Assembly (NCBI RefSeq): GCF_009914755.1
Contig: NC_060928.1
Direction: 5' to 3' (one strand)
Source of the DNA: the human T2T-CHM13v2.0 reference genome, Homo sapiens
Length of the DNA stretch: 64,000 nucleotides
Both the position numbers and the translations under genes were made by a program. Positions 1-14,490 of this stretch are shown piece after piece. The notes under the pieces are model-generated. The model saw only the letters and a program-made list of their open reading frames with translations, was not told the origin of the DNA and made no database searches. Every line of letters starts with the position of its first letter. Position 1 is the stretch's first letter.

Positions 1-649
1 GAGTGAAGGAGGCTACACAAGTAAACCAAGAATACCACGGCTTCCCTAAATCTTCGCATGCACCCTGTGAAGACTTTACCCAACATTCACATGCATCAAA
101 TTAGTAACAACATTTTAAGGAGAGAGTATCAGAGTTTGGAATAAAATGTAGAAGTTGGGAGCAACAACAAATACCTTCATTTGCAACACAAAGCTTTGCC
201 AGAAGAAAATAATCTGTATTTATTCCTGACTCCACTGGATGTGTGTTTTATGAAGGAACCTTCAATTTGGTCCCTACAGAAATATCCTCTAAAGACAAAA
301 AAAATGCTTGGTTTTACCAAATAATTGTTTTTCCTAATAGTTTATATTTTATTTCCATTTTATAGCATGATCTTTCAATTTATGATCAAAATTGGCTACT
401 TTTGTGATAAAAATGGGTTTCCAGGCATAAAATCTTTTATTATTGTGACATAAGAAATAAGAGTCTTACTTATTATGGCCTAACTTGTAATGACTATATA
501 GAAACTATTTAGTCATATTTTGGGGAAAGGTATTATCATTCATCAATTCAAGGTATTAATGTATATCTTTATTTTTTCTATTACCATTACTTTTTTTTTA
601 ATCGGCTACCATGTTGCAGGAAAGATGACCCACCAAAATGTATTAGAAC

Positions 650-785
650 TACACTTTTCAAATTTTAATGTGTCTATAAATTACCTAGGGATCTTATTAA
701 AATGCAGATTCTGACTCAGTAGGCTTGAGTAGAGCTGAGATTCTGCATTTCTAACAAACACAAAAGATGATGCTGATGTTGCAAG
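650..785. mobile_element. MER5A-like hAT-Charlie fragment
   Basis: 'ttattaaaatgcagattctgactcagtagg...gagattctgcatttctaacaa...gatgatgctgatgttgc' resembles the MER5A core; boundaries approximate. Confidence 0.7.
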
Positions 786-989
786 ATATTAGAATTCCTG
801 GTACTTGAATTGGGAAGAAAAAAAAAACACAGAAAGGTCCTAAATCAATGAGAAGGTACTGCATAAAACCCTAAGCACTCTGGCATCTAAGTAGCCACCT
901 AGAAATGTCTTAAAAGAAAATGGATTTGAAAATATAGTTAGAGCCATAATGATAATACACATAGTTAAGGAGTGCATAAGAAATTATAA

Positions 990-1115
990 CAAAAGAGCAC
1001 CAGATTGGAAGTCAAGATAGCCTGGTTCTAACTTTAACTCTGCCACTAATTATGTGAACGTAGGCAATTCAACTACATGGTCTGAATTTTGGTTTCCTTA
1101 TCTCTCTAATGATGT
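990..1115 (+). mobile_element. MIR SINE fragment
   Basis: 'gattggaagtcaagatagcctggttctaactttaactctgccactaattatgtga...ggtttccttatct' resembles the MIR core. Confidence 0.65.
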
Positions 1116-1229
1116 AGACATGTCCCAGCTAATTATAGCATCAGAAATAACATGATTAGTTTGTTCATGAAAGTATAAAGTGCTATAGTCAAGAAAGACA
1201 AATTGCCATTTTCATACGCCGCTATGGGG

Positions 1230-1455
1230 GATATTTTCTGGAAAGCAGATTAACAATCCCTACCATTTAACAATAATTCACCTTTAAACATTAATCCTAA
1301 AATATAATCAGAAATGCATACAAAGAGGGCATCATAGCTTCATTTGTCATAATAAAAATTAAGAAAAAAAATCTAAATTTCCAAAAATATAGTGAAACTG
1401 TTACATTCATTATGGTTCATCCACATGATAAAATGCTATACTTCCATTACAATTT
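1230..1455 (+). mobile_element. Old L1M(E)-type 3' fragment
   Basis: Degenerate L1 3' motifs 'aatctaaatttccaaaaatatag...ttatggttcatccacatgataaaatgctatac'. Confidence 0.45.
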
Positions 1456-2984
1456 TTTAAATTTTTTTGTGATAAAACTTTATGTAATAGATATGTGGGG
1501 AAATTCTGGAAAAAATAGAACAGATTGAAATGAGATTTTTGTCTATATTCATTAAATTTTTTAGTGAATATCTAATAAATTTTATCATCATAAATGAGTT
1601 TTCTAAAAAATTAATTCTAACTGGAGAATTTGAAAAACCTTCATAGATGATTTGTCATTTGCTCTAGTCCTTGCAAAGTTGGATGAAATAATTTCTAAGG
1701 TCTTTCTAGCTCCAGAATGCAATTATTCTATAAATAGGACAATTTTCACTAAAAAAGCAAACCAAAGAATTGAAACTACTATCCAGATAATTATTTAAAA
1801 ATTTAGTAGAGTTTTTCTTTGTATTAATTCTTCAGTGAGTGAACAATGTCCTTATGAGGCTTATGTAATACTGTTTTCACTCACTCAACATTCTATATAT
1901 TGATCCTTTGGGATTTAAATTTTACGATCTTGTGTGTTTTCCAGAAGTGTGTCAGTTTTTATCCTTTCTCAATCATGTAATCATTTAAGTGCTGTTTTAC
2001 TAATACAAATTTAAATATTGTCAAAAAGCAGAACAAATCTCCACTGTTAAAATTTCTATCTCACCACAAAATGCTGGCAGTGGGGTATAGCCACTAGCCT
2101 TACAGGCTGACAGTGATATGTGTATCAGGCTTTATTTATGTAGTAATCTATGAAGGCATGTTTTGGTGAAATGTTTGACTGACAATGTAGCTGAAACTGC
2201 AATTAATGGAATTGTTATAAACCAATAAATATTTTCTCAAAAATCAATTTCTCAAATATTTTCTAAAAAATCAATCAAATGCCTTATAATTACAACAAAA
2301 TCCTAAGACTTCTTCTGACTTAAAATATATATGAGTCTATGTTAACTCTTTCTTTGACCTGAAACTGTCAGTGAACAGTATAAGGACTTCAGTAACCATT
2401 AGTTTTGGGATGAATGATATTACAGTTGTCCACTACCCCTAAAGTTAGGCATGCACTCAACGTCTGCTTGGACCACACTGGCAAGGCTTCCAGGACCTCT
2501 GGAATGTGGGTGAGTAAATGGAGAAATCCCAAATAAAGTGATGTGGCTAAAAAGTGTCTTAAATGTGCTTGTTTTATGTTTGGCTATTTCCTATTTTTCT
2601 TCTTTGATAGAAAAATGCCAGCTAAGTAGAAAGTTGTTGGGTGTGTAAACCCAGGACCTCTTTTTAAAAAGTTAGAAAATTCATATAACAATTGACACCT
2701 GCTTGACTTCCATGATGTTAAAAAATTAGACTTCAGTTTTAACTTTTCAGCCATTTTGGTCCTTACAAAGAATTCAATGGGAAGACTTTTTTCTCCTCTC
2801 ATCACGTCACTGTGGGTAATGAAAGGGTGTACCGCCTGTCTGTGACCTGCCCTCTATGTGGCAATATGACTTAGAACATCATTTTGCAACTTCCTTCCAA
2901 GTGACCTCACATTTACGATTTTTTTACACTGATGACTTCATTGTTTTCATAAAAATGGTACACATTCAATATTTTAAAAAGTTA

Positions 2985-3298
<314 letters not shown>

Positions 3299-3363
3299 AA
3301 AGTTAAGCAATAAAGAAAAATACAAAAAAGAAAACCACGCATGATCCCAAATCTTACCACCTA

Positions 3364-3500
3364 AATATATTTGATTAGATATATGTCTATTTTGATATAT
3401 CTATTTTGATATGTCTATATTTGATATATCTATATATATCTAATATTTGATTAGATACATATCTAATATTTGATTAGAAATATATTAGAAAAATATTTAA
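3364..3500. repeat. AT-rich degenerate tandem repeat
   Basis: Recurring 'atatttgattaga' and 'tttgatatatcta' units. Confidence 0.75.
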
Positions 3501-4901
3501 ATATTAAATATCAAGGTAAATACTATAAAGAAATTTCTAATATTTTCCAGATCTCATTCTCTAGATATATAAAATAAGTGGAGAGAGAGGGAGAATGAGA
3601 GGTCATACTATAAATTTGAATGAATTTAAACTTAGGGTTGCCTTTAGGATAAATCTTGATTTTATTCTTTTTAATCTAAGTCCTATTTCCAAATTGCCCT
3701 GAATCCTGTTGTAGCCTTACCTCCCACTAGCCTCTCCCAAATCCCTCCATCTTAGATAAAGCATTTAGCATGTTGTATTAAACAATGCCCAAGATTTTCT
3801 TATCTTTACCCTTACTGATTCCTTCCCCGGCTGGCTGGCACAGCCCATCCAGAGCAGACACGTTCTCCTCCTCCTCTGGGCTCAAAAAGTGCCTCATGAC
3901 CCATACTTTCTTTTGGCACTTGCTCTGTCTTCTTTTAGTGTTCATTGTCTTCTCGTGACAGTGCCGTTATTAGATTATAATTTTTGCCAGAACAAGAATT
4001 GTGTTTTCTCATTTTATGGGGGCGGGGGACATTTGGGACTGTCCACACAGTGCTGAGGACAGTGTAGATAAGTGCTTAATCAATAATTCCCAGATAAGTG
4101 TTGACTGATAATTCCCAGATCCCACAGATAAAAAATTTGCATTTTGCAATAGTTGGGTAGCTTTTATTTGCTGCCTGCTTGCTTTGCAAAAGACAGATGA
4201 GGTGTCTGGAAGTGTCACAGAAATGGTGGGGGTTCATTGGAGGATTTACCAATGTCAACTTCGGGACATATGCTAAAAAAAATACCTCAGGAGAAAGGCT
4301 AGGAGCTTAGTGGGAGGAACAGCAGAAACGTGCCTGACAACAGTGCCGCCAAAGCACATCCCCGAATCGTTTCATACAAACTCAGATTAAATGAGGGTAA
4401 ATAAATATGTGTAACATTTATAGGGAAGCTAATGCATTAGTACCCCTTGAATTAAGAAAGGATGAAGAACAAAACATTGAAAAGATGAGAAACAGACTGA
4501 GGAGAAAACTGCCTGTTGAGAGAAAAAATAATTAGAAGTTCCTCGGGGAAACGCAGGAAAGGTGAGAGAACTGAGTGCGAGGTGCAGTCAGGCAAGGCAG
4601 TGTAGTTCTTTGTCTAACTGAGTGTCATAAACCTGCTAAAAAATCCTGCTTATGTGAAAAAGAGCAAAACCTTGGAATGAGTGAAATCCATAATTAAGAC
4701 CATATGCTTCCCTGTTTTTCAGGCTTTTCAGGGACTGAATAGTGAATATACCACGCAGACAATCTTAGGAGCTGATTTGCACTGGTCAATAATATAAAGC
4801 AGTTCTACTTTATATATGAAGATATTTCTGTTAAAAGTGGAAAATAAAAAAATCAGGATGATTTCTTAACCTTGACTTCTAGCTAATGCCTTTTTAAATT
4901 T

Positions 4902-4904
4902 ACA

Positions 4905-4945
<41 letters not shown>
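4902..4945. repeat. (CA)n microsatellite
   Basis: About 22 dinucleotide units with one TA interruption. Confidence 0.97.
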
Positions 4946-4947
<2 letters not shown>

Positions 4948-5244
4948 TTAAGCCGGTCTCTCAGAGGTGCAAGCAGATTCTGAAATGAGAAGGTGCTGTG
5001 GATACCTCAGAAGTATTATCCAAGTCCATGCCACTTTGAACCAAGGGCTCTGCCACCTCCCTTTAAGACAAGTCCCACTAAAATGTTTTCCTCTGGTTCA
5101 CTTTAGGTAGGGAATGGCAATCAACCCATCACAACTCCTACAATCTCAGGCAAGTAGTTGATCTACTTTGTCCACATATGTTGTCACCTCCCCTCTGCAG
5201 CAAATCGTTTTCTAGCCAGAAACTGAGAAGAAATAGATAAGAAG

Positions 5245-5410
5245 AACAGGTCACAGGCTTTGGAGTCAGACAGTCTCAATTTGGGGTCTTAACTTTATGA
5301 TCTACAGGAATTATTTCCCTCTGAACCTCAGTTGCCTGGTGAAAAAAATGGAAATACTAATTCCTGCCTGCAAAGATTGCTGTTAACACCAAATGGCACA
5401 AACATAATAG
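5245..5410 (+). mobile_element. MIR SINE fragment
   Basis: 'caggctttggagtcagacag...ctctgaacctcagttgcc...aaaatggaaatactaa'. Confidence 0.7.
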
Positions 5411-5696
5411 TTAAGTTTTGTGCTTCTCTGACAATTCCATCGACACGGAGGAGCAAAGAAAATCAAAGTAGCAATGTCTATACTGTGTGACATTCTCCCA
5501 CATCCATTACTGAATAGAAAGCAAACGATCCAAACAAATCTTTCCACAATCTTGGCCTAGAACTAAGAAACACCCAGCAATCCAAGTGGGCAACTTGATG
5601 AGCTGGAAATGTGGGTGGTAGTATTTAGCCATATGATTGCCAAAGCGAGAAATGCTGCCTGAAGAGGAAGAGAAAGAGGGAAAGACTGAAGAAGAA

Positions 5697-6141
5697 TGTA
5701 TTAGTCCATTTTTGCACTGCTATAAAGAATTGCCCAAGACTGGATAATTTACAAAGGAAAGAAGTTTAATTGACTCATAGTGCCGCATGGCTGAGGAGGT
5801 TTACAATCATGGCGGAAGGGGAAGCAGGCACATCTCACAGGGCAGCAGGTGGGAGCGAGAGGGAGCAAGAGCGGGAGAGAGAGAAGAGAGCGAGAGAGAG
5901 AAGAGAGCGTGAGAGAGCGAGAGAGCGAGTATGTGAAGGAGGAACTGTCAAACACTTATAAAACCATCAGATCTCATGAGAACTCACTATCACGAGAACA
6001 GCATGGGGGATACTACCCCCATGATCCAATCGCCTCCCTCCCCCAACACGTGGGGACTACAGGTCCCCCCCTCCCCGCCTTGACACATGGGCGTTACAAT
6101 TCAAGATGAGAATTGGGTGGAGACACAGCCAAACAAAATCA
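5697..6141 (-). mobile_element. Solo MaLR LTR (THE1D/MSTA-like)
   Basis: Termini 'tgtattagtccattttt...' and '...gacacagccaaacaaaatca'; 5-bp TSD AAGAA at 5692-5696 and 6142-6146; internal GA-rich expansion. Confidence 0.9.
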
Positions 6142-6491
6142 AAGAAAGAAGGAGATAACTCCTTACCAGGGTTCCTGACAGCTGGCCAGTACCTAGGCCC
6201 TGTTCATGACATTTACCTAACTTCTTGGGTGTGTATCCGTGAGTTAATTCAGTGGACTTACACTGAATTTCTTTGATGCATGAAATGGTTGGAAATGGAT
6301 TTTTTCACTTGGTAATCATAAGAGATTTAACTAAAATCATACCTTAATGCCCATAGGCCAGCAACTAACACAGTAATATACTCTTTTGGTAGCCACTTTA
6401 TATGCTTCAAGTATGAAGTCTTTGGACACCTTTAAGGAGATTCTTAGGAAGCCCTAAAAAAAGAACTGAAACCTCCATTTTACTGTATCTA

Positions 6492-6931
<440 letters not shown>

Positions 6932-6933
6932 TC

Positions 6934-9900
6934 TTATTCTTTTTAAAATTTTCATGGATACATAGTAGATATACATATTTACGGAGTACATGAGATGTTT
7001 TGATAAAAGCATGCAATACACAATAATCACATGAGGGTAAATGGAGTATCCATCACCTCAAGCACTTATCCTTTGTGTTAAAAACAATCCAATTATACTC
7101 TTTCCATAATGTTTAAATTTACAATTAAATTATTATTGACTATAGTCACCCTGTTGTACTACCAAATATTAGTTTTTACTTATTCTTTCTAATTATTTTT
7201 TGTACCCATTAACCATCCCCACTTCCTCCCAACCTCCCAATTACCCTTCCTCGCCTCTGGTAACCATCCTTCTACTCTCTATCTCCATGCGTTCAATTGT
7301 TTAAATTTTTAGCACCCACAGATAAGTGAAAACATGCTAAGTTTGTCTTTCCGTGCCTGGCTTATTTCACTGAACATAGTGATCCCCAGTTCCATCCATG
7401 TTGTTGCACATGACAAGATTTCATTGTTTTTATGGCTGAATAATATTCCATTGTGTGTATGTACCATATTATGTTTGTTGGTGAACACTTGAGTTGGTTC
7501 CAAATCTTGGATATTGTGAATAGTGCTGCAATAAACATGGGAGTGCAGATACCTCTTTGATATGCTGATTTCCTTTCTTTGTGGTATCTACCTGGAAGTG
7601 GGATTGCTGAATATTATGATAGCTCTATTTTTCATTTTTTGAGGAACCTCCAAACTGATCTCCACAGTGGTTGTACTAATTTACGTTCCCACCAACAGTG
7701 TACAAGGGTTCCCTTTTCTCCATATCCTCACCAGCATTTTTTATTGCCTGTCTTTTAGATAAAAGCCATTCTAACTGGAGTGAGATGACATCTTGTGGTA
7801 GTTTTGGATTTGCATTTCTCTGATGATCAGTAATGTTGAGCTCCTATTCATATAACCGTTGGCCATTTGTATGTCTTCTTTTGGAAAATATCTATTCATA
7901 TCTTTCGCCCGTTTTAAATCAGATTATTAGATACATGTCTATACAGTTGTTTGAGCTCCTTATATATTCTAGTTATTAATCCCTTGTAAGATGGGTAGTT
8001 TGCAAATATTTTCTCCCATTCAGTGGGCCATCTCTTCCTTTTGTTGATTGTCTCCTTTGCTGTGCAGAAGCTTTTTAACTTGATGTGATACCACTTGTTT
8101 ACTTTTGCTTTGGTCGCCTGTGCTTGTGAAGTAAATTCAAGAAATCTTTGCCCAGTCCAATGTCCTACAACTTTACTGAATTTGTTTATCAGTTCTAATA
8201 GTTTTATTGGTGGAGTCTTTGGGTTTTTCCAAATATAAAATCATGTCATCTGCAAACAAGGATAATTTGACTTCTTCCTTCCAGTTTGGATGCCCTTTGT
8301 TTCTTTCTCCTGTCTGATTTCTCTAGCTAGGATTTCCAGTATTGTGTTAAAAAACACAGTACTGATGAAAGTGAGTATCTTTGTTATGTTCCAGATTTTA
8401 GAGGAAATGCTTTCAGTTTTCCCCCATTCAGTATGATACTAGCTATGGGTCTATCATATATGGTTTTTATAATGTTGAGTTATATTCCTTCTATATGCAG
8501 TTTTTTGAGAATTGTTATCATGAAGGAATGTTGAATTTTATCAAATGCCTTTTCAGCATCAACTAAAATGATCATATGGTTTTTGTCCTTCATTCTGTTG
8601 ACAAAATTTATCACATTAATTGATTAGCATATGTTGAACCATCCTTGCATCCCTGGGATGAATCCCACTTGGTCATGATGAATGATCTTTTTAATGTGTT
8701 ATTGAATTTGTTTGCTAGTACTTTGTTGAGTATTTTTGCATCAATATTCTTTAGGGGTATTGGCCTGTAGTTTTCTTTTTCTGATGTTTCTTTGTTTTTT
8801 TGTATCAGAGTAATACTACCCTCATAGGATGAGTTTTGAAGTATTACCCCTCCTCTATTTTTTTGAATAGTTTTAGTATAATTGGTATTAATTCTTCTTT
8901 AAATGTGTGGCAGAATTCAGCAGTGATGCCATCAGATCCTTGGCTTTCCTTAGCTGGTAGACTTTTTAATACAGCTTCCATTTCATTACCTGTTATTGGT
9001 CAGTTCAGGATTTGGATTTCATCATGGCTCAATATCGGTAGGTTATATGTGTCTAGGAATTCATCTATTGCTTCTAGATTTTCCAATTTATTGGCATACA
9101 GTTGCTTATAGTAGCCACTAATGAATGATCCTTTGAATTTCTGTGGTATCAGTTGTAATGTCTCCTTTTTCATCTCTAATTTTGTTTTGGGTTTTCTCTC
9201 TTTTTTTCTTTGTTAGTCTGGCTAAAGGTTTGTCAATTTTGTTCACCTTTTTAAGAAACCAACTTTTCATTTTGTTGATTTTTGTACTGTTTTCTTCATT
9301 TCAAATTCATTTATTTCTGCTCTGATCTTTATTACTTATTTAAATCTACTAAGTTTTGGTTTGGTTTGCTCTTGCTTTTCCAGTTCTTTAAGAAATATTG
9401 ATAAGCTATTTATTCAAAGTTTTTCTTCTTTTTTGATGTAGGTGCTTATAGCTATAAACTTCTGTCTTAGTATTGCCTTCATTGTATCCCATAGGTTTTG
9501 GTATGTTGTGTTTCCATTATCATTTGTTTCAAGAAATTTTTCAATTTCCTTTATAATTTCTTCATTGACCTACTGGTCATTCAGGTGCATATTGTTTAAT
9601 TTCCATGTGTTTGTATAGTTTCAAAAATTCCTCCTGTTATTGACTTCTAGTTTTGTTCCACTGTGGTCAGAGAAGATGTTTGATATTATTTTAATTTTTT
9701 TAATGTTTTAAAATTTGTTTTGTGACCTAAAATATGGTGTGTCCTTGAGAATGCTTCATGCACTGAGATAAAGAATGTGTTTTCTGCAGCCATTGCATGA
9801 AATATTCTGTCATATTTATTAGGTCCATTTGGTCTATAGTGCAGATTAAGTCTGATTTTTTGTTGATTTTCTATCTGAAAGATATTTCCAATGCTAAAAG

Positions 9901-12900
9901 TGGGCTCTTGAAGTCTTCAGCTATTATTGTATTGGGACTTGTCTCTCTCTTTAGCTCTAATAATATTTTCTTTATATATCTTGATGCACCAGAATTGGGT
10001 GCATATATATTTACAATTGTTCTATCTTCCTTCCAAATTGACCCCTTTATCATTATACAATAACCTCTTTGTCTCTTTTCATAGTTGTTATCTTGAAATC
10101 TCTTTTGGTATGAGTATAGTGACTCCTATTCTTTTTTGGTTTCCATTGACATGGAGTATCTTTTTCCATCCCTTTACTTTCATTCTACGCATGTCTTTGT
10201 AGGTGAAGTGTGTTTCTTACATAAAAGCCATTCTAACTGGAGTGAGATGACATCTTGTGGTAGTTTTAGATTTGCATTTCTCTGATGATCAGTAATGTTG
10301 AGCTCCTTTTCATATAACCGCTGTCCATTGGTGTGTCTTCTTTTGGAAAATATCTATTCATATCTTTCACCCGTTTTAAAATCAGATTATTAGATACATG
10401 TCTATATAGTTGTTTGAGCTCCTTATATATTCTAATTATTAATCCCTTGTAAGATGGGTAGTTTGCAAATATTTTCTCCCATTCAGTGGGTCATCTCTTC
10501 CTTTTGTTGATTGTCTCCTTTGCTGTGCAGAAGCTTTTTAACTTGATGTGATACCACTTGTCTATTTTTGCTTTGGTCACCTGTGCTTGTGATCTTAGAC
10601 CCAGATCACTGGGTCTTGTTTATTTATCCATTCAATCACTTTACTGTATTTTTATTGGAGAATTTAGTCCATTTGCATTCAATGTTATTATTGATAAGTA
10701 TGGACTTACTCCTGCCATTTTGTTATTTGTTTTCTGATTATTCTGTGGTATTCTTTTCCTTCCCTTCTATCTTTCTTTTAGCAAAGGTGATTTTCTCTGG
10801 TGGTATAATTTAATTTCTTGCTTTTTACTTTTTGTGTATTTGTTGTATGTTTTCTGATGTGAAGTTACTATGAGGCTTGCAAATACTATCTTATAGCTCA
10901 TTATTTGAAACTGAAGAAAACACCGAATAAACAAGCAAAGAGAAAACTAATAAAAACTGTACATGTTAACCTCATCCCCTCATTTTTGAACTTTTTGTTG
11001 TTTCTATTTATTTCTTAATATACTATGTCTTGAACAGTTGTACTTATATTTCTGATTGGTTCATTGTTTAGTCTTTCTATTTAAGATAAGGGTAGTTTAC
11101 ACACCACAGTTACAATGTTATAATATTCTGTGTTTTTATGGGTACATACTATTACCAGTGAGTTTTGCACTTTCAGATGCTTTCTTGTTGTTCATTAACA
11201 TCCTTTTCTTTTTGATTGAAGTACTCACTTTAGAATTTATTGCAAGATAGGCCTGGTGTTAATGAAATCCCTCAACTTCTGTTTGTTTGGAAAGTATTTC
11301 TCCTTCAGGTTTGAAGGATATTTTTCACTAGCTTTTTCACTAGGTATACTGTTCTAGGGTAAGCTTTTTTTTCTTCAGCACTTTAAATATGTCATGCTAC
11401 TCTCTTCTGGCCTGTAAGGTTTCCGGTGAAAAGTCTCCTGCCTGATGTATTGGAGCTCCATTGTATGTTATTTATTTATTTTCTCTTACTACTTTTAGGT
11501 TCCTTTCTTTACCTTTGACCTTTGGGAGTTTGATTATTAAATGATTTGAAATAGTCTTCTTTGGGTTAAATCTCCTGGTGTTCTATAACCTTCTTGTACT
11601 TCAATATTGATATATTTCTCTAGGTTTGGGAAGTTCTCTGTTATTATCAATTGAATAAACTTTCTACCCCTATATCTTTCTCTACTTCCTCTTTAAGGTT
11701 AATAACTCTTAGATTTGCCCTTTTGAGGCTGTTTCTAGATCTTGTAGGCATGCTTCATTCTTTTCTATTCTTTTTAATTTTTTTGTCTCCTCTGACTGTG
11801 TATTTTCAAATAGTTTATCTTCAATCTCACTAATCCTTTCTTCTGCTTTTTAATTCTACTATTAGGAGACTCTGATGCATTCTTCAGTATGTTCACTCCA
11901 TTTTTCAAGTCCAGAGTTTCTGCTTGATTCTTTTTAATTATTTCAATCTCCTTGTTAAATTTACTTGATAGAATTCTGAATTCCTTCTCTGTTATCTTGA
12001 ATTTCCTTGAGTTTCCTCAAAGCAGGTGTTTCGAATTCTCTGCCTGAAAGCTCACATATCTCTGTTTCTCCAGTATTGATCCCTTGTGCCTTATTTAGTT
12101 CATTTGGTGAGGTCATGTTTTCCTGGATGTTATTAATGCTTGTAGATGTTCCTCAGTGTCTGGACATTGAAAAGTTAGGAATTCATTGCAGTCTTCACAG
12201 TCTGGGCTTGTTTGTACCCATCTTTCTTGGGAAGGCTTTCCAGGTATTCAAAGAGTCTTAGGTGTTGTGATCTAACCTGTATCTGCATTAGAGGAACTCC
12301 AAGCCTAGTAATGCTGTGGTTTCTGCAGACTTATATAGGTACCATCTTGGTGGTCTTGGATAAGATACAAGAGAATTCTTTGGTTTACCAGGCAGAGACT
12401 CTTGTTCTCTTCCCTTAATTTCTTGCAAACAAGCAGAGTCTCTCTGCACTGAGCCACCTGGAGCTGGGACTAGGAGGACACAAGCACTCCTGTGTCCACC
12501 AGCACTGGGAATGCACTGAGTCAGACCTGAAGCCAGCATAGCACCGGGTCTCACCCAAGGCCCAGTGTAACCGCTACCTGGCTACCACCTATGTTCGCTT
12601 AAAGCCCTTGGGCTCTATAATCGGTAGGTGGCTGAGCCAGCCAGGCTGTGTTCTTCCCTTCAGAATGTCAAGATTCCCCAAGCCCTGGACAGGTCCAAAG
12701 ATGCCATCCAGGAGCCAGAGACTGGAGTCAAAAACCCCAGGAATCTACCTGGTACTCTATTCTATTGCAGTGAAGCTGGCACTCAAGCCATGAGACAAGG
12801 TCCTTCCCACTCTTCCCTCCCTTTTTCATAGGCAGAGGGGCCCCCCACCATGGCCATCACCACCACCACAGACCCACAGCGGGTACTGCCAGGCTACTGC

Positions 12901-14020
12901 TGATGTTCCCTTAATGCCCAAGGGCTCTTTAGTCAGCTTATGGTGAATGCTGCCAGGCCTGGGACTCATCCTTCAGCGTAGTGGGCATTCTCTGGGCCCA
13001 GGGAAGGTCCAGAAATGCTGTCCAATAGCCAAGGCCTGGAATCAGGGACCCCAAGAGCCCATTTGGTGCCCTACTGCATTGTGGCTGAGCTGGTACCTGG
13101 AGCCAGCACATCTCAGAGTGCCAACCAAGGCCCATAGCATATTACCTTGTGATTGGTGATGGCTTTTCAGGGCCCAAGGGCTCTTTAGTCAGCAGGTGAT
13201 GAACACTGCCAGGACTGGAGCCCTCCTTTCAAGGCAGCAGGTTCTGTTTTCGCCCAGGGTGTTCTAGATATGTTACCTCAGAGCTAGGAACCGGGATGGG
13301 GTCCTCAAAACTCTTCCCAGTGCCCTATCCTGCTGTGGCTGATCTTGTATCCAAGAAGCAAGACAAAATCCTCTTTCCTCTTCCCTCTCCTCTCCTTAAA
13401 CAGAAGGAGGTTGAGGGAAGGTGACATAAGCACTTCCTTGGCCACCCCAGTTGTTGTCCACATCCACTGTCTTTGAGCCCAGCACAGTACTAGGACTTGC
13501 CTAGGAATTGCCGTGCTTGTAGCCATACCACCTTTCAAGTTTATTTAGGACCCCAGAGCATGTTAGCCCACCCTGGCAAAGCTTGCTGGAACTCAAGTTC
13601 TGACCACTAGGATGTGCAACTTCCCTCCGGCTAGGGCTGGTCAAAGTGCTCCCTCTGTGGGTGGGTGTGGGTTGAGTTTAGTGCAGTTTTGTTTTCCACT
13701 GTGACAGGGCAGCACTGGATTCAATGCAGGGTCCCACAATCGCTGTGCCCTCCCCGCCTCAAGCACACAGATTCACCATGACATGCAGCCACTGCCAGGG
13801 GATGTGAGAGGAATGGCACTGGTGATCAAAGACTGCTTTTCCCACCCACTTCACTGCCTCTTTCAGTGATATGAAGTTAAAATTGGGTACTGTGATTGCT
13901 TACCTGGTTTTTTGGTTCTTATGAAGGTGTGTTTTTTTGTGCTGGTAGTTATTCAATTAGTGTTCATGTTGCGAGGGACTACCGATGATGGCTTCTATTC
14001 AGGCATCTTCCTATTCTGTT
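6934..14020 (-). mobile_element. Near full-length L1MA1-3-like LINE-1, decayed and internally rearranged
   Basis: L1MA-type 3' end at ~6940-7350; ORF2 remnants including EN peptide IKGSIWKEDRTIVNIYAPNSGAS (9871-10053); ORF1-like 11250-12250; GC-richer 5' region to '...ttctattcaggcatcttcc' at ~14010. Confidence 0.9.
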
Positions 14021-14119
14021 TCTCGGGACAACCCTAAGTAATACAAATGTACACTTTTCCCAACTTAATTTTACAAATTTATTTTAAGCTTATATAATGG
14101 ACAAAGTGAGTGTATAAAA

Positions 14120-14490
14120 AGATGATCAAGACTCTGCCCTCAAAAAGTCATAGTGTCTGTAATAGAAGAGATAAGACAAATATACAAATATAATAATTTG
14201 AACTGAGTTCTGAGACAGGAATTGAAGAGGAAAAAACATGAGAAGCAAAGCTGAAGTCAGAATACCCTGTTCCCTCTATTGGAAATGCTCTCTTCCATTC
14301 TGCTTCTCATCCTAACGTCTCATACTTTCCGACTTGGCTCACATGTCTCCTCCTCCAAAAAATATTTCATGGTTAATTTGCCCTGCCCAAGTCCAGTTGA
14401 GGTGCTCAGCCCTGTGCTTCTCCCCATCACAGCATTTATCTATCATATTACCATGACTATTTATTTATCTGAGTCCTCCATTAGACCAAC
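14120..14490. mobile_element. L2 fragments
   Basis: 'gactctgccctcaaaaagtcatagt' and 'catgtctcctcctcc...ctgagtcctccattagac' resemble L2 3' motifs. Confidence 0.45.

Noticed and set aside
3364-3500. Repeated short units that might suggest a CRISPR-like array
   Set aside because: Low-complexity AT slippage with no unique spacers, in primate DNA.
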